From: Octopus bimaculoides
Taxonomy: Eukaryota
Assembly (NCBI RefSeq): GCF_001194135.2
Contig: NC_068985.1
Coordinates: 7,438,776 to 7,476,914, forward strand
Direction of reading: 5' to 3'
DNA: 38,139 nucleotides
Positions within the stretch are counted from its first letter, which is position 1, and the number at the start of each line of letters is the position of its first letter. The position numbers were made by a program, and so were the translations under genes. The notes under the pieces were generated by a model that ran no database searches, was not told the DNA's origin, and saw only the letters and a program-made list of their open reading frames with translations. Positions 1 through 10,978 of this stretch are shown here, piece by piece.

Positions 1-21
1 TTTTTTTTTATTATTATTTTA

Positions 22-172
22 TCGGAGTGGCTAAGAAGCTTGCATCCCAACCATGTGGTATTGAGTTCAATCACACAGAGCTGCACCTTGAGTAAGCTTT
101 CTATTATAATCTGGCACTGACTACAGCATTGTGAGGGAATTTGGTGGACGGAAACTGAAAGAATCTCGTGCC
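22..172 (+). mobile_element. tRNA-derived SINE, CORE-like family, degenerate 5' part
   Basis: gagtggctaagaagcttgcatcccaacc...gagttcaatc...gcaccttgagtaag...ggacggaaactgaaagaa aligns with the fuller copies at 28961 and 33355 and runs into a (TG)n tract as they do. gcaccttgagtaag resembles the MIR/CORE motif gaccttgggcaag. Confidence 0.7.
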
Positions 173-196
173 TGTGTGCGTATGCGTGCATATATA

Positions 197-243
<47 letters not shown>

Positions 244-390
244 GTGTGTGTGCGTGCGAGTATGCGTGCGTGTGTGTGTCTGTGTGTATGCGTGCGTGTG
301 TGTGTACGTGTGTGCGTGTGTGTGTTTGCGCATGTGTACACGCGTGTATGTCTGTGTGTGTGTGCGTGCGTCTGTGTGTGTATGTGTGTC
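173..390. repeat. Imperfect (TG)n microsatellite
   Basis: Directly visible. Confidence 0.95.
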
Positions 391-747
391 TGCGTTTGTC
401 TTCTTTTTCTTTTCTTCTTCATCTTCTTCTTATGGCCTAAACAACCCTTAAAACCACTCCAAAAGCGCCATGACCATAGCCTGCTCACAGCAGCAGCCGA
501 ACCGAGCATAAAATCTTTCTTTGCGTTATTTTCTTCCACCTGTACCAGGTGTGCGAATGCATGCGCCTTGTTGGTGTTGCCAATGTTTTTGTCATACAGC
601 CTCTTGCGTTCGGACAACACATTCTGACTGTTTATCTTATTGCAACAGAGGATCTGACGCTCCGAAGTTTCCTTTTCGCAAAATAATTCATACAGTCTCA
701 CCAAAACTGTCCTGGCAGGCGTCTTTTCACGCAAAAAAATCAGCAGC

Positions 748-818
748 AGCAGTAGTAGCAGAAGCAGTAGTAGCAGAAGCAGTAGTAGCAGAAGCAGTAG
801 TAGCAGAAGCAGTAGTAG
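748..818. repeat. 15-bp minisatellite (agcagtagtagcaga) x ~4.7
   Basis: Four exact units plus a partial one. Confidence 0.95.
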
Positions 819-840
819 GAGGAGACAGCAACAAAAACAA

Positions 841-960
841 CAATGTCTCATAATAGACGTTGCAATTCCTTTAGATAAAGGACATTGCCGACAAATATGC
901 TGAATTAAAAGAAAAAATATCAAAAATGCGGGAAATACTCGGAAGAAAAGTGAAAAATCA
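841..960 (+). mobile_element. Fragment of the RLE domain of an R4/Dong-type non-LTR retrotransposon
   Basis: Frame from 841 reads QCLIIDVAIPLDKDIADKYAELKEKISKMREI, resembling the RLE motif C-x-I-I-D-V-A-x-P...KY-x-x-L. No upstream or downstream domains. Confidence 0.55.
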
Positions 961-966
961 TAAAAT

Positions 967-1078
967 AATCGAACTCGGAATCTTAGAGTTAGTAGCCCAC
1001 GCTCTTAACCACTACGCCATATACCCGTCGGCATATGTAAATAATGTACATAATTCCTCATCTCTTAAATGTAGAACT
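967..1078 (-). mobile_element. tRNA-like head (A and B boxes) preceded by a 35-45 bp terminal repeat shared with the hammerhead element at 22205-22403
   Basis: Minus strand: agttctacatttaagagatgaggaattatgtacattatttacat...tatggcgtagtggttaagagcgtgggctactaactctaagattccgagttcgatt. A box TGGCGTAGTGG, B box GAGTTCGATT. 1044-1078 is 34/35 identical to the reverse complement of 22208-22242. Confidence 0.75.
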
Positions 1079-1391
1079 CTATGACTATCACTGTTAAATT
1101 TTCTAACCGTAGATTCTAAGCACAATATCTGCTGAAATTTGAAGTCATTCACAGCATGCATAACATTGTTATGACTCCCACCTAGAAAGCCAAGCAGTCC
1201 ATTTAGAAGCTAAAGTAGGACCTCTGACTTCTCAATGAGGTGATGGTTATTTCAGAATTTCTTGCTTCTTAAGAAATATCTAAGCATAGATTACGGATCT
1301 CTCACTTCTGACTCTTTGATGGTTTTCAACTGTCCTGAGTTCATTTGACCCTTGACGAAAATTGCCTTCTTACTAAACAGGTTTGATAGGT

Positions 1392-1767
1392 AGTAAAGAT
1401 TGTTTGCCAACATAACATGGCAGTCCTGGTTTAGGACTAATGTTGCTGTAATTTAGCCCCAGGAGACATCGTCTCCAGTTGATTATACGACACGATCTGT
1501 GTCCTTATATTTTCGAACAAGGGAATCTAGCACCCCCACTCAGCTCAAACAATATCTGTGTATCGCGATTTCTGGGTTATTTCTCTTCGTCAGTGATACA
1601 CGGATATTCTTTTAAACTGAGTGGGGTTGCTAGATGCCCTTGTTCGAAAATATAAGGACACAAATCGTGTCGTATAGCCAGCTGGAGACGATGTCTCCTG
1701 GGGTTAAATTACAACACCATTCATCCTAAACCAGGACTGCCATGTTATGTTGGAAAACAATCTTACT
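1392..1767. mobile_element. Fold-back (long inverted repeat) element: ~175-bp arms (1392-1568 and 1590-1767), ~21-nt loop
   Basis: The reverse complement of the right arm aligns along its full length with the left arm (e.g. ccaacataacatggcagtcctggtttagga, ccccaggagacatcgtctccag, gtgtccttatattttcgaacaaggg). Confidence 0.92.
1558..1601 (-). ncRNA. Degenerate hammerhead-ribozyme-like core at the apex of the fold-back
   Basis: Minus strand: GTGTATC-A-CTGACGA-AGAG-AAATAA-CCCA-GAAA-TCGC-GATACAC. CUGANGA and GAAA boxes and helix I are present; helix II and the helix III/cleavage triplet are broken. Confidence 0.5.
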
Positions 1768-1824
1768 CCAAAGTATTGTTGCTGAATATCTCTCGTTGTG
1801 AGATTTACAAATAGTCATTTTCAG

Positions 1825-1914
1825 GCTTGGTGGGGTTGTGAATTCAGTCACCGGTGGGCTGACCATGAGACATGCTGTACTGACCAGTAGCACTAAGAGT
1901 GACCTAACGTAACA
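1825..1914 (-). repeat. Unclassified interspersed repeat, diverged homologue of 4474-4640
   Basis: 24-nt exact terminal match (cactaagagtgacctaacgtaaca) and looser similarity over ~90 bp. Strand is given relative to the 4474 copy. Confidence 0.7.
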
Positions 1915-2013
1915 CACATGCATACCACACAAATCGGCATACATTGACTGTAATCTCTAAAGGAATGACTGGTTGGACAATTGAGCATTATAATAAATTT
2001 GTTATTAACATTT

Positions 2014-2065
2014 GTATCTTTATTGCCCACAAGGGGAGCACATAGACGGGACAACACAAGACCTG
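2014..2065 (-). mobile_element. 3' tail fragment of SINE family A
   Basis: tctttattgcccacaagggg...gacgggacaacacaagac is the reverse complement of the tail at 9130-9190 and 34460-34530. Confidence 0.65.
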
Positions 2066-2198
2066 TGGGACATATAACAATGAAAAAAAAAATAAAATAT
2101 GATAATATGAATGACAATGAAAGATCAAAAAATGGAAATGGAACCGCTGGCCCCTCTTACGTGCGGCCCCATTTTCTACTTTCTAAAACCTGATCCCT

Positions 2199-2592
2199 CT
2201 AGCATATCAAAACCCGTTTCGTCCAATAACCTGTCATATGTTGTGTAATTTGGTAATAAATCCCAGTCATAGTCAATTCCCAATAACTGTAACCGTGTTC
2301 AAACGTATATATTATCTCTCCTTGTTCCCTTGCTGGGAGCACACACCTGTGCCACTCCCCAATGTTATCAAATCCAGTAGTTCCTGCTTCCTTTACCTCA
2401 TCCCATGAATAAAACTCATCAATCAATTCCTTATTGGATCCATGAAAGCCTTGTATTTCTTTTTCCTTTTTTTTTTACTTGGGGGAGGGAGTTCGAAATA
2501 CTTCTTGTGTGTTTGCTTTCTTTTTTTGTTTTTGTGTCGGATAGGAATGGGTAGGCTTGGTGTCTGCTGGGAGGAGGGTGGGTCTCACTCAT
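2199..2592 (-). other. Unidentified protein-like reading frame, split by an A10 homopolymer (possible pseudogene, viral or TE remnant)
   Basis: Frame EIQGFHGSNKELIDEFYSWDEVKEAGTTGFDNIGEWHRCVLPAREQGEIIYTFEHGYSYWELTMTGIYYQITQHMTGYWTKRVLIC is non-repetitive and protein-like. Deleting one A in the homopolymer would fuse it to the upstream ATG at 2592. No homology recognised. Confidence 0.25.
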
Positions 2593-3147
2593 AAGACGAC
2601 TTTCTATGCACCTCCTCTTAACTATAAGCATAGAAATCGATTACGTGAGCAATAACAAAATTCTTCTAATAAATTTGTTTTGACTCAGAACAAGTTAAGT
2701 TTGAACCAGAAAAAAGAAAGCTGCAAGAGTTGTACATATTGGTGGTAAGTTGATCAATACTGTGAACAGCCGAATAACCATAAAGTAAGCCGTTACATGG
2801 ACAATAATTTTGCCAATTTGATACTAAATAAATAAATTAAAGATTATCTCTGGCTTGTCTGCACAGATCCAGTCTGAGCAGAGTAGCAGAAGCAACAAGA
2901 ATCGCGATGCAGGAACAGGACATCACCGATCAATATATATATTGAATTTAAAAATGGGCAGAAGGCTTCAAATTTGGATGCTATGGTATGATTGATTCGA
3001 TTGACTCCAGTACTTGACCCCGAGAGAATGAAAGATACAGATGACCTCGGTGCAATTTAAACTTAAAACTTAATTTAACCGCAATAGAGTACTACAAGTC
3101 ATTAAATATGAAGTCCTAACGATTATCAATACACCTCCCCGACTCCA

Positions 3148-3185
<38 letters not shown>

Positions 3186-3436
3186 AGATATATATATATA
3201 TATATATACATACAGCGTGTGTGTATATATATATATGTGTGTATGTATATATATATATATATNNNNNNNNNNNNNNNNNNNNNNNNNNNNNNNNNNNNNN
3301 NNNNNNNNNNNNNNNNNNNNNNNNNNNNNNNNNNNNNNNNNNNNNNNNNATGGCACCATGAAATAAAGTATTGAATGTAGATGAAATATTGAGTGTTCAA
3401 TATAAAGGATCAAATATATAAATATAAATATATAAA

Positions 3437-3476
3437 GGCCACTCGAGTTTCAGGGCTATTTCCCTTCGTCATGGCC
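3437..3476 (-). ncRNA. Minimal hammerhead-ribozyme relic
   Basis: Minus strand: GGCC-A-TGACGA-AGGG-AAATAG-CCCT-GAA-ACTCGAGT-GGCC. Helix I, a 4-bp helix II, GAAA and a palindromic helix III are present; C3 and the cleavage nucleotide are non-canonical. Confidence 0.6.
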
Positions 3477-3482
3477 GGTATG

Positions 3483-3513
<31 letters not shown>

Positions 3514-4473
3514 TGCAATGAAATATTTACAACTTCTACACAAAAAGATGAGCAATATTGCCTGCGGGGAGTATTTCCTGAGACAGTAGACCACATTGTA
3601 TGAGACTGCTTATTATCTCCGAATATAGTTTTGGTACATTTCCCATATAGTTGTCTAATTCTATATACTAACAAGTACATAGATATGTTTGATCGAAACA
3701 TATTTTACTAAACCCAAAACGTACCCGAACTCAACAATGTATACAATCGATATCGTAGTATTTATTTTCAAGGCATATAATTGGTATTTTATAATCTGTA
3801 TATAACTCTATAAGGTTACAGATACATACTTGATGTTTAGATAACTTTGAAATCCAAAAGAATCTTCCAGCTTATTCATTCTACTTGAATTCGCTCCTTT
3901 ATTAAATTTTAAACATCGATATCATGAAAAGCACTGATATCATGGGGAACAAAAACATAAAACTACGATCCTTTTCATGTTCCTTTTAATTATTCAATTA
4001 TAATTACGGTGAAAAGCAACGGGTGAGTAAATCGATAAGCTAATGGTCAGCGAGCCGAGAAATCGATGGTGTAAGACCAGAACTGCGTTGTGATCGTGGT
4101 CAAAATATACAGTTTTCAAGAAATGATAAAAATATAAAAATGCATACTTTTAATAAGTGTGTGTATTAAACTCCCAACATGTTTTTAAAATATTTCCCAG
4201 CTGATACTTGTGAATTATTTAAAGACGGTTGATTATTTAAACCCTCAAAGTGTGAGACATAATTTGGTCAAGGTCCGTTACGTTTGAGTGCATATCTCAT
4301 CCAGGACGACCTCACCTTTCATTCTTCTGGTGGTCGAGAATTTTATGCACTCACAAGATGAATGGTCCTGTTTGAGCAATGTTAATGACTATTTTCTTAT
4401 ATTGCTCAATAGTTCAATTCCCTTCATCCTTTCGATAAATCGATAAATGTCAACTTAGTGTAGTTTCTATGTA

Positions 4474-4640
4474 TGTTACGTTAGGTCACTCTTAGTGTTA
4501 TTGGTAAGGTAACCCAGTACAGCCTGTCGCGTTGTCAAGCCGTCGATGGCTAAACTAGCAACACTACCAAGACGGTTAGGTAAGGAGGATGGTTTTCGTT
4601 GGACGACCTGCAGGATGAAAAACAAAACCTGTCGAGTACA
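4474..4640 (+). repeat. Unclassified interspersed repeat (possibly a LINE 5' UTR)
   Basis: Homologous to 1825-1914 in opposite orientation. The class assignment is a guess. Confidence 0.55.
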
Positions 4641-5695
4641 GTTTCCAATATGATCGACTGTTAAGCTCCCACAGAATGCAGAACTTGTGTTGATGTTACA
4701 AATTAATACAATTTGTATTGAAAGGGGCCAAACCCCTCATTTTGTATATATATATATATACAAAATTTACAAGACATTACAAAAGAGCGACTAATAGTTT
4801 CATGCTTTAGAGATACAATAAATTGGCAGATTTATATAACATGCCATGCATCTCCAACTAATCTTTCAGGCTCAGTATTTGAAATCCCGGACGTTGGTCT
4901 ATGACAGAACACGAAGGAAACAGTGAGAAGAAAACAACGCGAAGATGTAGGATGCAAAAAGTGGAAAGAGAAGACAGGAAAGAAAAGTTTAAAAAATCAA
5001 GGTTTTCGCCCTCTTTGTCTGTAAAAGTCATAATCTAGCTAGTGTATATAATATAACAGAAATAAGGCTAATTTCTGTGAGATAGCTACTCAATCCGGTG
5101 CAGCTGGTATCTTCCAGTTCGATACAAGAAACTTGTCCATGTGCTTGCATCTTTCTGCAAATTCCAGATCTGGAATTAAAGTGTGGTGGAATTCTTGAAT
5201 AAAAGAGTATGTGCGATATATATGTAAGGTTATTCAAAATTCCCTTTATGATAAGTATAAACCAGTTAACGACCAAAGTCATATATATGGGTATATTCAT
5301 GTGTGTGAGTCAGTTGAGCATCTTAATATATGCTTTGTTCCTTTTCTCTGTATTCCAATATCGCACCTGCCACCTCATCTCAACTTTCCTTCACCTCTTC
5401 ACCACAGCCTTATCTTACCTCTCACTACGTCCATTAAACCTCACTGATCTCAGTTCCCTTCCCCGGTTGACTGACATGGCTCAAGGATCCTATCGAAAGC
5501 CGATCTACTACCCTACCCTCCACACTGCCAGCCGCTCAGATAACCCCGGGAAGTTGAACCTGGTATGCTTAAGCAACTGAACAGAATTATTATTACGTTG
5601 TGCTGCTTTTAGGACAATCCATATTTTCCCCTTTACTAATAACTTATATGTAAGACAATAAATACATAGAAAGCTAGCTAGAGAGATAGTGAAAG

Positions 5696-5696
<1 letters not shown>

Positions 5697-5767
<71 letters not shown>

Positions 5768-5791
5768 TGATAGATAGATAGATAGATAGAT
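5697..5791. repeat. (GATA)n microsatellite
   Basis: Directly visible. Confidence 0.95.
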
Positions 5792-8378
5792 GTGTGTGTC
5801 TGAGTGTGTGTTTGTGTGTGTGTTTATGTGTGTGTTTGTGTGTGTAAAATATCAAAAGAGATTCGCAATAAATTAGCAGAGCTAATATTTAAAGCATATA
5901 AAACTAAAATTGTAACAAAATATTAGAATTTTATTTATTATTTAGATGCTAAAGAGACTGCTGTATCACGAGAGTATATTGTGAGCGAGTGGATAGATGT
6001 GTGTGTATGTATATNNNNNNNNNNNNNNNNNNNNNNNNNNNNNNNNNNNNNNNNNNNNNNNNNNNNNNNNNNNNNNNNNNNNNNNNNNNNNNNNNNNNNN
6101 NNNNNNNNNNNNNNNNNNNNNNNNNNNNNNNNNNNNNNNNNNNNNNNNNNNNNNNNNNNNNNNNNNNNTATATATATATATATATATGTACGTATGTATA
6201 TATATGTATGTATGTATGTATATGTATGCATATATTCATATGTATGAATGTATGTATATGTGTATATATTTATATGTATGTGTCTATGTGTGTATATAAA
6301 AGAGTGTGTGTGCGTGTGTTGAATGAGTTGGTATGAATGAGAATGTGTGCATATGTGAGTGTATGGTATGGCTATTAGAATGAGTGGGTGAGAGAGAGAG
6401 AATGATTATGTGTCCGCGTGTGTATGTGTGCGTGCGCGTGTGTGTGTGTGTGTGTTCACTGAGTTGGTGCGAAAGAGTGTGTGAGTGAATATGAAGCGTA
6501 TGTGAGCGTTAGAGAGAGGGGCGAGAAAGAAAGAAAGAAATAAAGTGTGAGTGAGAGAGTGAGTGAGTGAGTGAGTGAATGGGTGAGTGAGAAAGAAATG
6601 GAATGGCAGATGTTGGCTCTGTTAGTGTGGAAATACAACGAATCTTACCAGCTGCCACTTCCGAATGTCAGCATGACACTACTTTCCTACGTGGCGTGAT
6701 AATAACATGGTGAAAAAAGCATATAATACAATTGTGCAAAGAAGAGAAAAACCTGGTGGAAGTACAATAAAACCAAACAGCACCATTCAGAATGAATGTA
6801 AGCTCGCATAAAATTCAGAAATCTTGGAGCTTATCGTAATAATCATCAATAAAATACGTTCACCACACGCTAAGTCCTCTCTATTCCAAACATCCAAAAC
6901 TTACATTGTTATGGTAGATTTTTTTTATGCTTGTTTTATTTTCGACAAACATACAGTTCTACACGTCACATCAAAAACGAACAAGAGAAACATTAGCTAT
7001 GAAAAAGAAATTAATGAGAGACGTGCAGTTATATATCTACACGCACATAATTGTAACTATAAACGTTTGTTTGGTTCGTATTAAAACAAACTGCAAAAAC
7101 ATCATCACCAGAATGGAGAGATTTCATATATGTTCATAAAGGGAGTTTATTAACTCGCTATCCACAGCTACAATGCTCTTTTCAGATGCTAAAAATCTAC
7201 ATTGTTCATATACCAACAGAATACATTGTCAAAAATAAAACGGCACGTTGCTCTTATTCTGTCATTGACGAAATCCCTGGACAGAATAGGTTTTTCCAAG
7301 AATGATACAAACATTAAAACTAACAATACAATAAAGACAAAGAAAAGTTCTTTCAGAAATTATTGCCTTCCTTTGTCTGTAATGATTACTGATTTCACTC
7401 ATCAGACTTCGGTCATACGGCAGCAATGCAATGAGTCGCCTCCACTAATTTATCTCAATTTATTTTATTGCCCAATTAAGGGAGAAAATCGATCAGGCCA
7501 AAACAAAGAGGATGTAACTAGGATGGAGTCGAAAACCATTTTTGCATACCATACAGATTCTTCCACCTCTCTATTTCTATCTCTTTTTCCTCTCTCCATC
7601 TCCTCGCCTCCATCTGTGTGTCTCTCTCTTTCTCTGTATGTGTGAGTGAGCCTGTGTGCCACTGTGTGTGCGCGCGCGTGATGTGTATGTATGTACGTAT
7701 GCATGTGTGTGCATATATATATATANNNNNNNNNNNNNNNNNNNNNNNNNNNNNNNNNNNNNNNNNNNNNNNNNNNNNNNNNNNNNNNNNNNNNNNNNNN
7801 NNNNNNNNNNNNNNNNNNNNNNNNNNNNNNNNNNNNNNNNNNNNNNNNNNNNNNNNNNNNNNNNNNNNNNNNNNNNNNNNNNNNNNNNNNNNNNNNNNNN
7901 NNNNNNNNNNNNNNNNNNNNNNNNNNNNNNNNNNNNNNNNNNNNNNNNNNNNNNNNNNNNNNNNNNNNNNNNNNNNNNNNNNNNNNNNNNNNNNNNNNNN
8001 NNNNNNNNNNNNNNNNNNNNNNNNNNNNNNNNNNNNNNNNNNNNNNNNNNNNNNNNNNNNNNNNNNNNNNNNNNNNNNNNNNNNNNNNNNNNNNNNNNNN
8101 NNNNNNNNNNNNNNNNNNNNNNNNNNNNNNNNNNNNNNNNNNNNNNNNNNNNNNNNNNNNNNNNNNNNNNNNNNNNNNNNNNNNNNNNNNNNNNNNNNNN
8201 NNNNNNNNNNNNNNNNNNNNNNNNNNNNNNNNNNNNNNNNNNNNNNNNNNNNNNNNNNNNNNNNNNNNNNNNNNNNNNNNNNNNNNNNNNNNNNNNNNNN
8301 NNNNNNNNNNNNNNNNNNNNNNNNNNTATATATATATATACATGCATACATATATACACGTATATATATATATACACG

Positions 8379-8412
<34 letters not shown>

Positions 8413-8741
8413 TACAGACAAACATATATTCATGTGTGTGTGTGTGTGTGTGTGTGTGCCAAGTCAGTCATAACTTGCTTGAAGATCCTATGCCCCCATG
8501 CAGCTACAGACGGAACTCGAGCGAGAGGTTGACTTAACCAAAATAAAATACTTATTTATGCTCTGTTACTATTTTCAGTACTCTTTTTCCGACAGTCATA
8601 ATTGAATATATATGGATATTAACAGGTCTGGGAAAAGATCTGGGCAGGATGCCATTGCTATGGTCAGGGTGGTATGACAATAACCATCACAACGTAACCA
8701 ATATTTACGCTTTATATAATGTACTCGGGTTTCAGTTAGCC

Positions 8742-8868
8742 AACCGCCGTTAATGTCCGAACCGGTAGGGCCCTTAATGTGCAACACAATACAGTCGACT
8801 GACGATTTGAGCTTACTATATAGTGTTGCACATTAGGGTCTACTGGATTACGTACAAAGCGACGGTTG
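8742..8868. repeat. Imperfect inverted repeat / MITE-like hairpin, ~50-bp arms
   Basis: Perfect 13-bp core taatgtgcaacac (8775-8787) / gtgttgcacatta (8823-8835); outer ends caaccg...cggttg. Confidence 0.75.
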
Positions 8869-8958
8869 CTTAATGCAACATGTGTGCAGTGTATAAGCTA
8901 TAAAATATCGGCTCCATTTTCTGTGTTCCTTTACGGTCGTCAATATTTCCTGCGACCA

Positions 8959-9664
8959 AGGCGGCGAGCTGGCAGAAACGTTAGCACGTCGGGCGAAATG
9001 CTTAGCAGTATTTCGTGTCTTTACGTTCTGAGTTCAAATTCCGCTGAGGTCAACTTTGCCTTTCATTCTTTCGGGGTCGATAAATAAAGTACCAGTTACG
9101 CACCGGGGTCGATGTAATCGACCTAATCCTTTTGTCTGTCCTTGTTTGTCCCCTCTCTGTGTAGCCCCTTGTGGGCAATAAAGAAATAAGAAACGTTAGC
9201 AAGCCGGGCGAAATGCTTAGNNNNNNNNNNTGCGACCAAGGCGGTAAGCTGGCAGAAACGTTAGCACGTCGGGCGAAATGCTTAGCAGTATTTCGTGTCT
9301 TTACGTTCTGAGTTCAAATTCCGCTGAGGTCAACTTTGCCTTTCATTCTTTCGGGGTCGATAAATAAAGTACCAGTTACGCACCGGGGTCGATGTAATCG
9401 ACCTAATCCTTTTGTCTGTCCTTGTTTGTCCCCTCTCTGTGTAGCCCCTTGTGGGCAATAAAGAAATAAGAAACGTTAGCAAGCCGGGCGAAATGCTTAG
9501 CGGTATTTCGTGTCTTTACGTTCTTAGTTCAAATTCCACCGAGGTCAACTTTGCCTTTCATTCTTTCGGGACTGATAAACTAAGTACCAGTTGCGTACTG
9601 GGGCCGATCTAATCAACTAGACCCTTCTCCAAAAATGTCGGGCCTTGTACCTAGAGTAGAAAAG
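8959..9664 (+). mobile_element. Compound SINE family A (tRNA head, probable Meta/MESC-type central domain); the middle copy is probably an assembly duplicate across a 10-N gap
   Basis: Head ggcggcgagctggcagaaacgttagc, B box gagttcaaattcc, central gcctttcattctttcggggtcgataaataaagtaccag. The whole block is flanked by a 17-bp direct repeat aatatttcct(g/t)cgacca (8942-8958, 9665-9681). The domain name is from memory and needs a Dfam check. Confidence 0.9.
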
Positions 9665-10563
9665 AATATTTCCTTCGACCAGGTTTCTCTTACCTGGCAT
9701 CGTTCTACCACAGACTATAGTAGAAAACATATTGGGATTGAACATGGAACCATGTGGCTTGCAAAACTGACTCTTTATAACCACATGGCTACGGCGGTGG
9801 CCATCACTGTTGATATCAATTTTAATAGAGGACCACGGCCACAACTTTGTCAGAAAGCCCCATAGACGTCAGTATTTACCCCGGTACTAAATATGACCCC
9901 TATCCACCTAAAACCACTCCACCACCGAACGCATGAAAGCCAAATTCGAGCCGATTTGAATCTTAACTTTGAACATAAAGGGACGAAATTAAATATTATA
10001 GGATATTTAATCTGACTGTTTGTCATTCAAGTAGTAAAGTTGATATTATATTACTGTGAAGTATCATGTGAACGTAATTATAATAGAAGCTGGTATCTGC
10101 GACGATAATAATAACAGCAATAGCAATGATCATAATATACGATCTTAGAGAGTTACAAGGTCACATAGTTGAGGGAGAGGAAGGTGGCGAGTGGATTGCT
10201 TTTAATTACCCCCACGGCCACCATCTACTCTACCTTGAATCCCTTTTGTGTCGGTTAATAAAACTAAGTCGATTCTGGCAGTATTTGACCTCAGAATATA
10301 AATACTATTTCAGCTAATTCTTCTATAGCTCCAACAGCAACAGTTTCGCCATCCATCGCATCCATTTCTTAATGCTTGATGGTTTGGACATTGAAAAAGG
10401 CAATTGTTTAACACTACATAAAATTTGTGTGAGCGTGTATGTGATTTCATTATATTGCTGCGTGTGTAGACCATCTTCCACCACACACACACTAACGATT
10501 CTGCCAATCTGTCAGCCTTGATAATTGCTTAGAAACAGCAATTAATTATATAATATCACCAAA

Positions 10564-10609
10564 GGCTTCTTCTTCTTCTTCTCCTTCCTCTTCTTCAACT
10601 TCGTCTTCT

Positions 10610-10641
<32 letters not shown>

Positions 10642-10669
10642 TTCTTCAACTTCGTCTTTTTCTTCTTCA

Positions 10670-10700
<31 letters not shown>

Positions 10701-10946
10701 CTTCTTCAACTTCGTCTTTTTCTTCTTCTCCTTCCTCTTCTTCAACTTCTTCTTCTTCTTCTTCTTCATAGATATAAACAATTTCATTGATGAAACGTTA
10801 ATTTCCCCATGTGTCAACTCCAACACGTTTTGGCTTCTTCTTCTTCTTCTTCTCCTTCCTCTTCTTCAACTTCGTCTTCTTCTTCTTCTTCCTCTTCTTC
10901 TTCTTCTTCAACTTCGTCTTTTTCTTCTTCAACTTCGTCTTCTTCT

Positions 10947-10978
<32 letters not shown>

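Noticed and set aside
121-451. ORFs made of CV/HT/YI/RE dipeptide runs here and around every gap (3.1, 6.0, 7.5-8.5, 14.7-16.8, 21.6-22.1, 30.0-30.9, 36.1-36.9 kb)
   Set aside because: Translations of dinucleotide microsatellites and N-runs.
748-818. Regularly spaced repeats as a CRISPR array (also the TTC array)
   Set aside because: No unique spacers, no cas genes, eukaryotic context.
8798-8818. CTGACGA in the loop of the 8742-8868 hairpin as another hammerhead
   Set aside because: No helix II and no downstream GAAA.
9231-9500. Near-exact ~270-bp direct duplication either side of a 10-N gap
   Set aside because: Typical unmerged contig overlap; includes identical flank (tgcgacca) and is treated as an assembly artefact.
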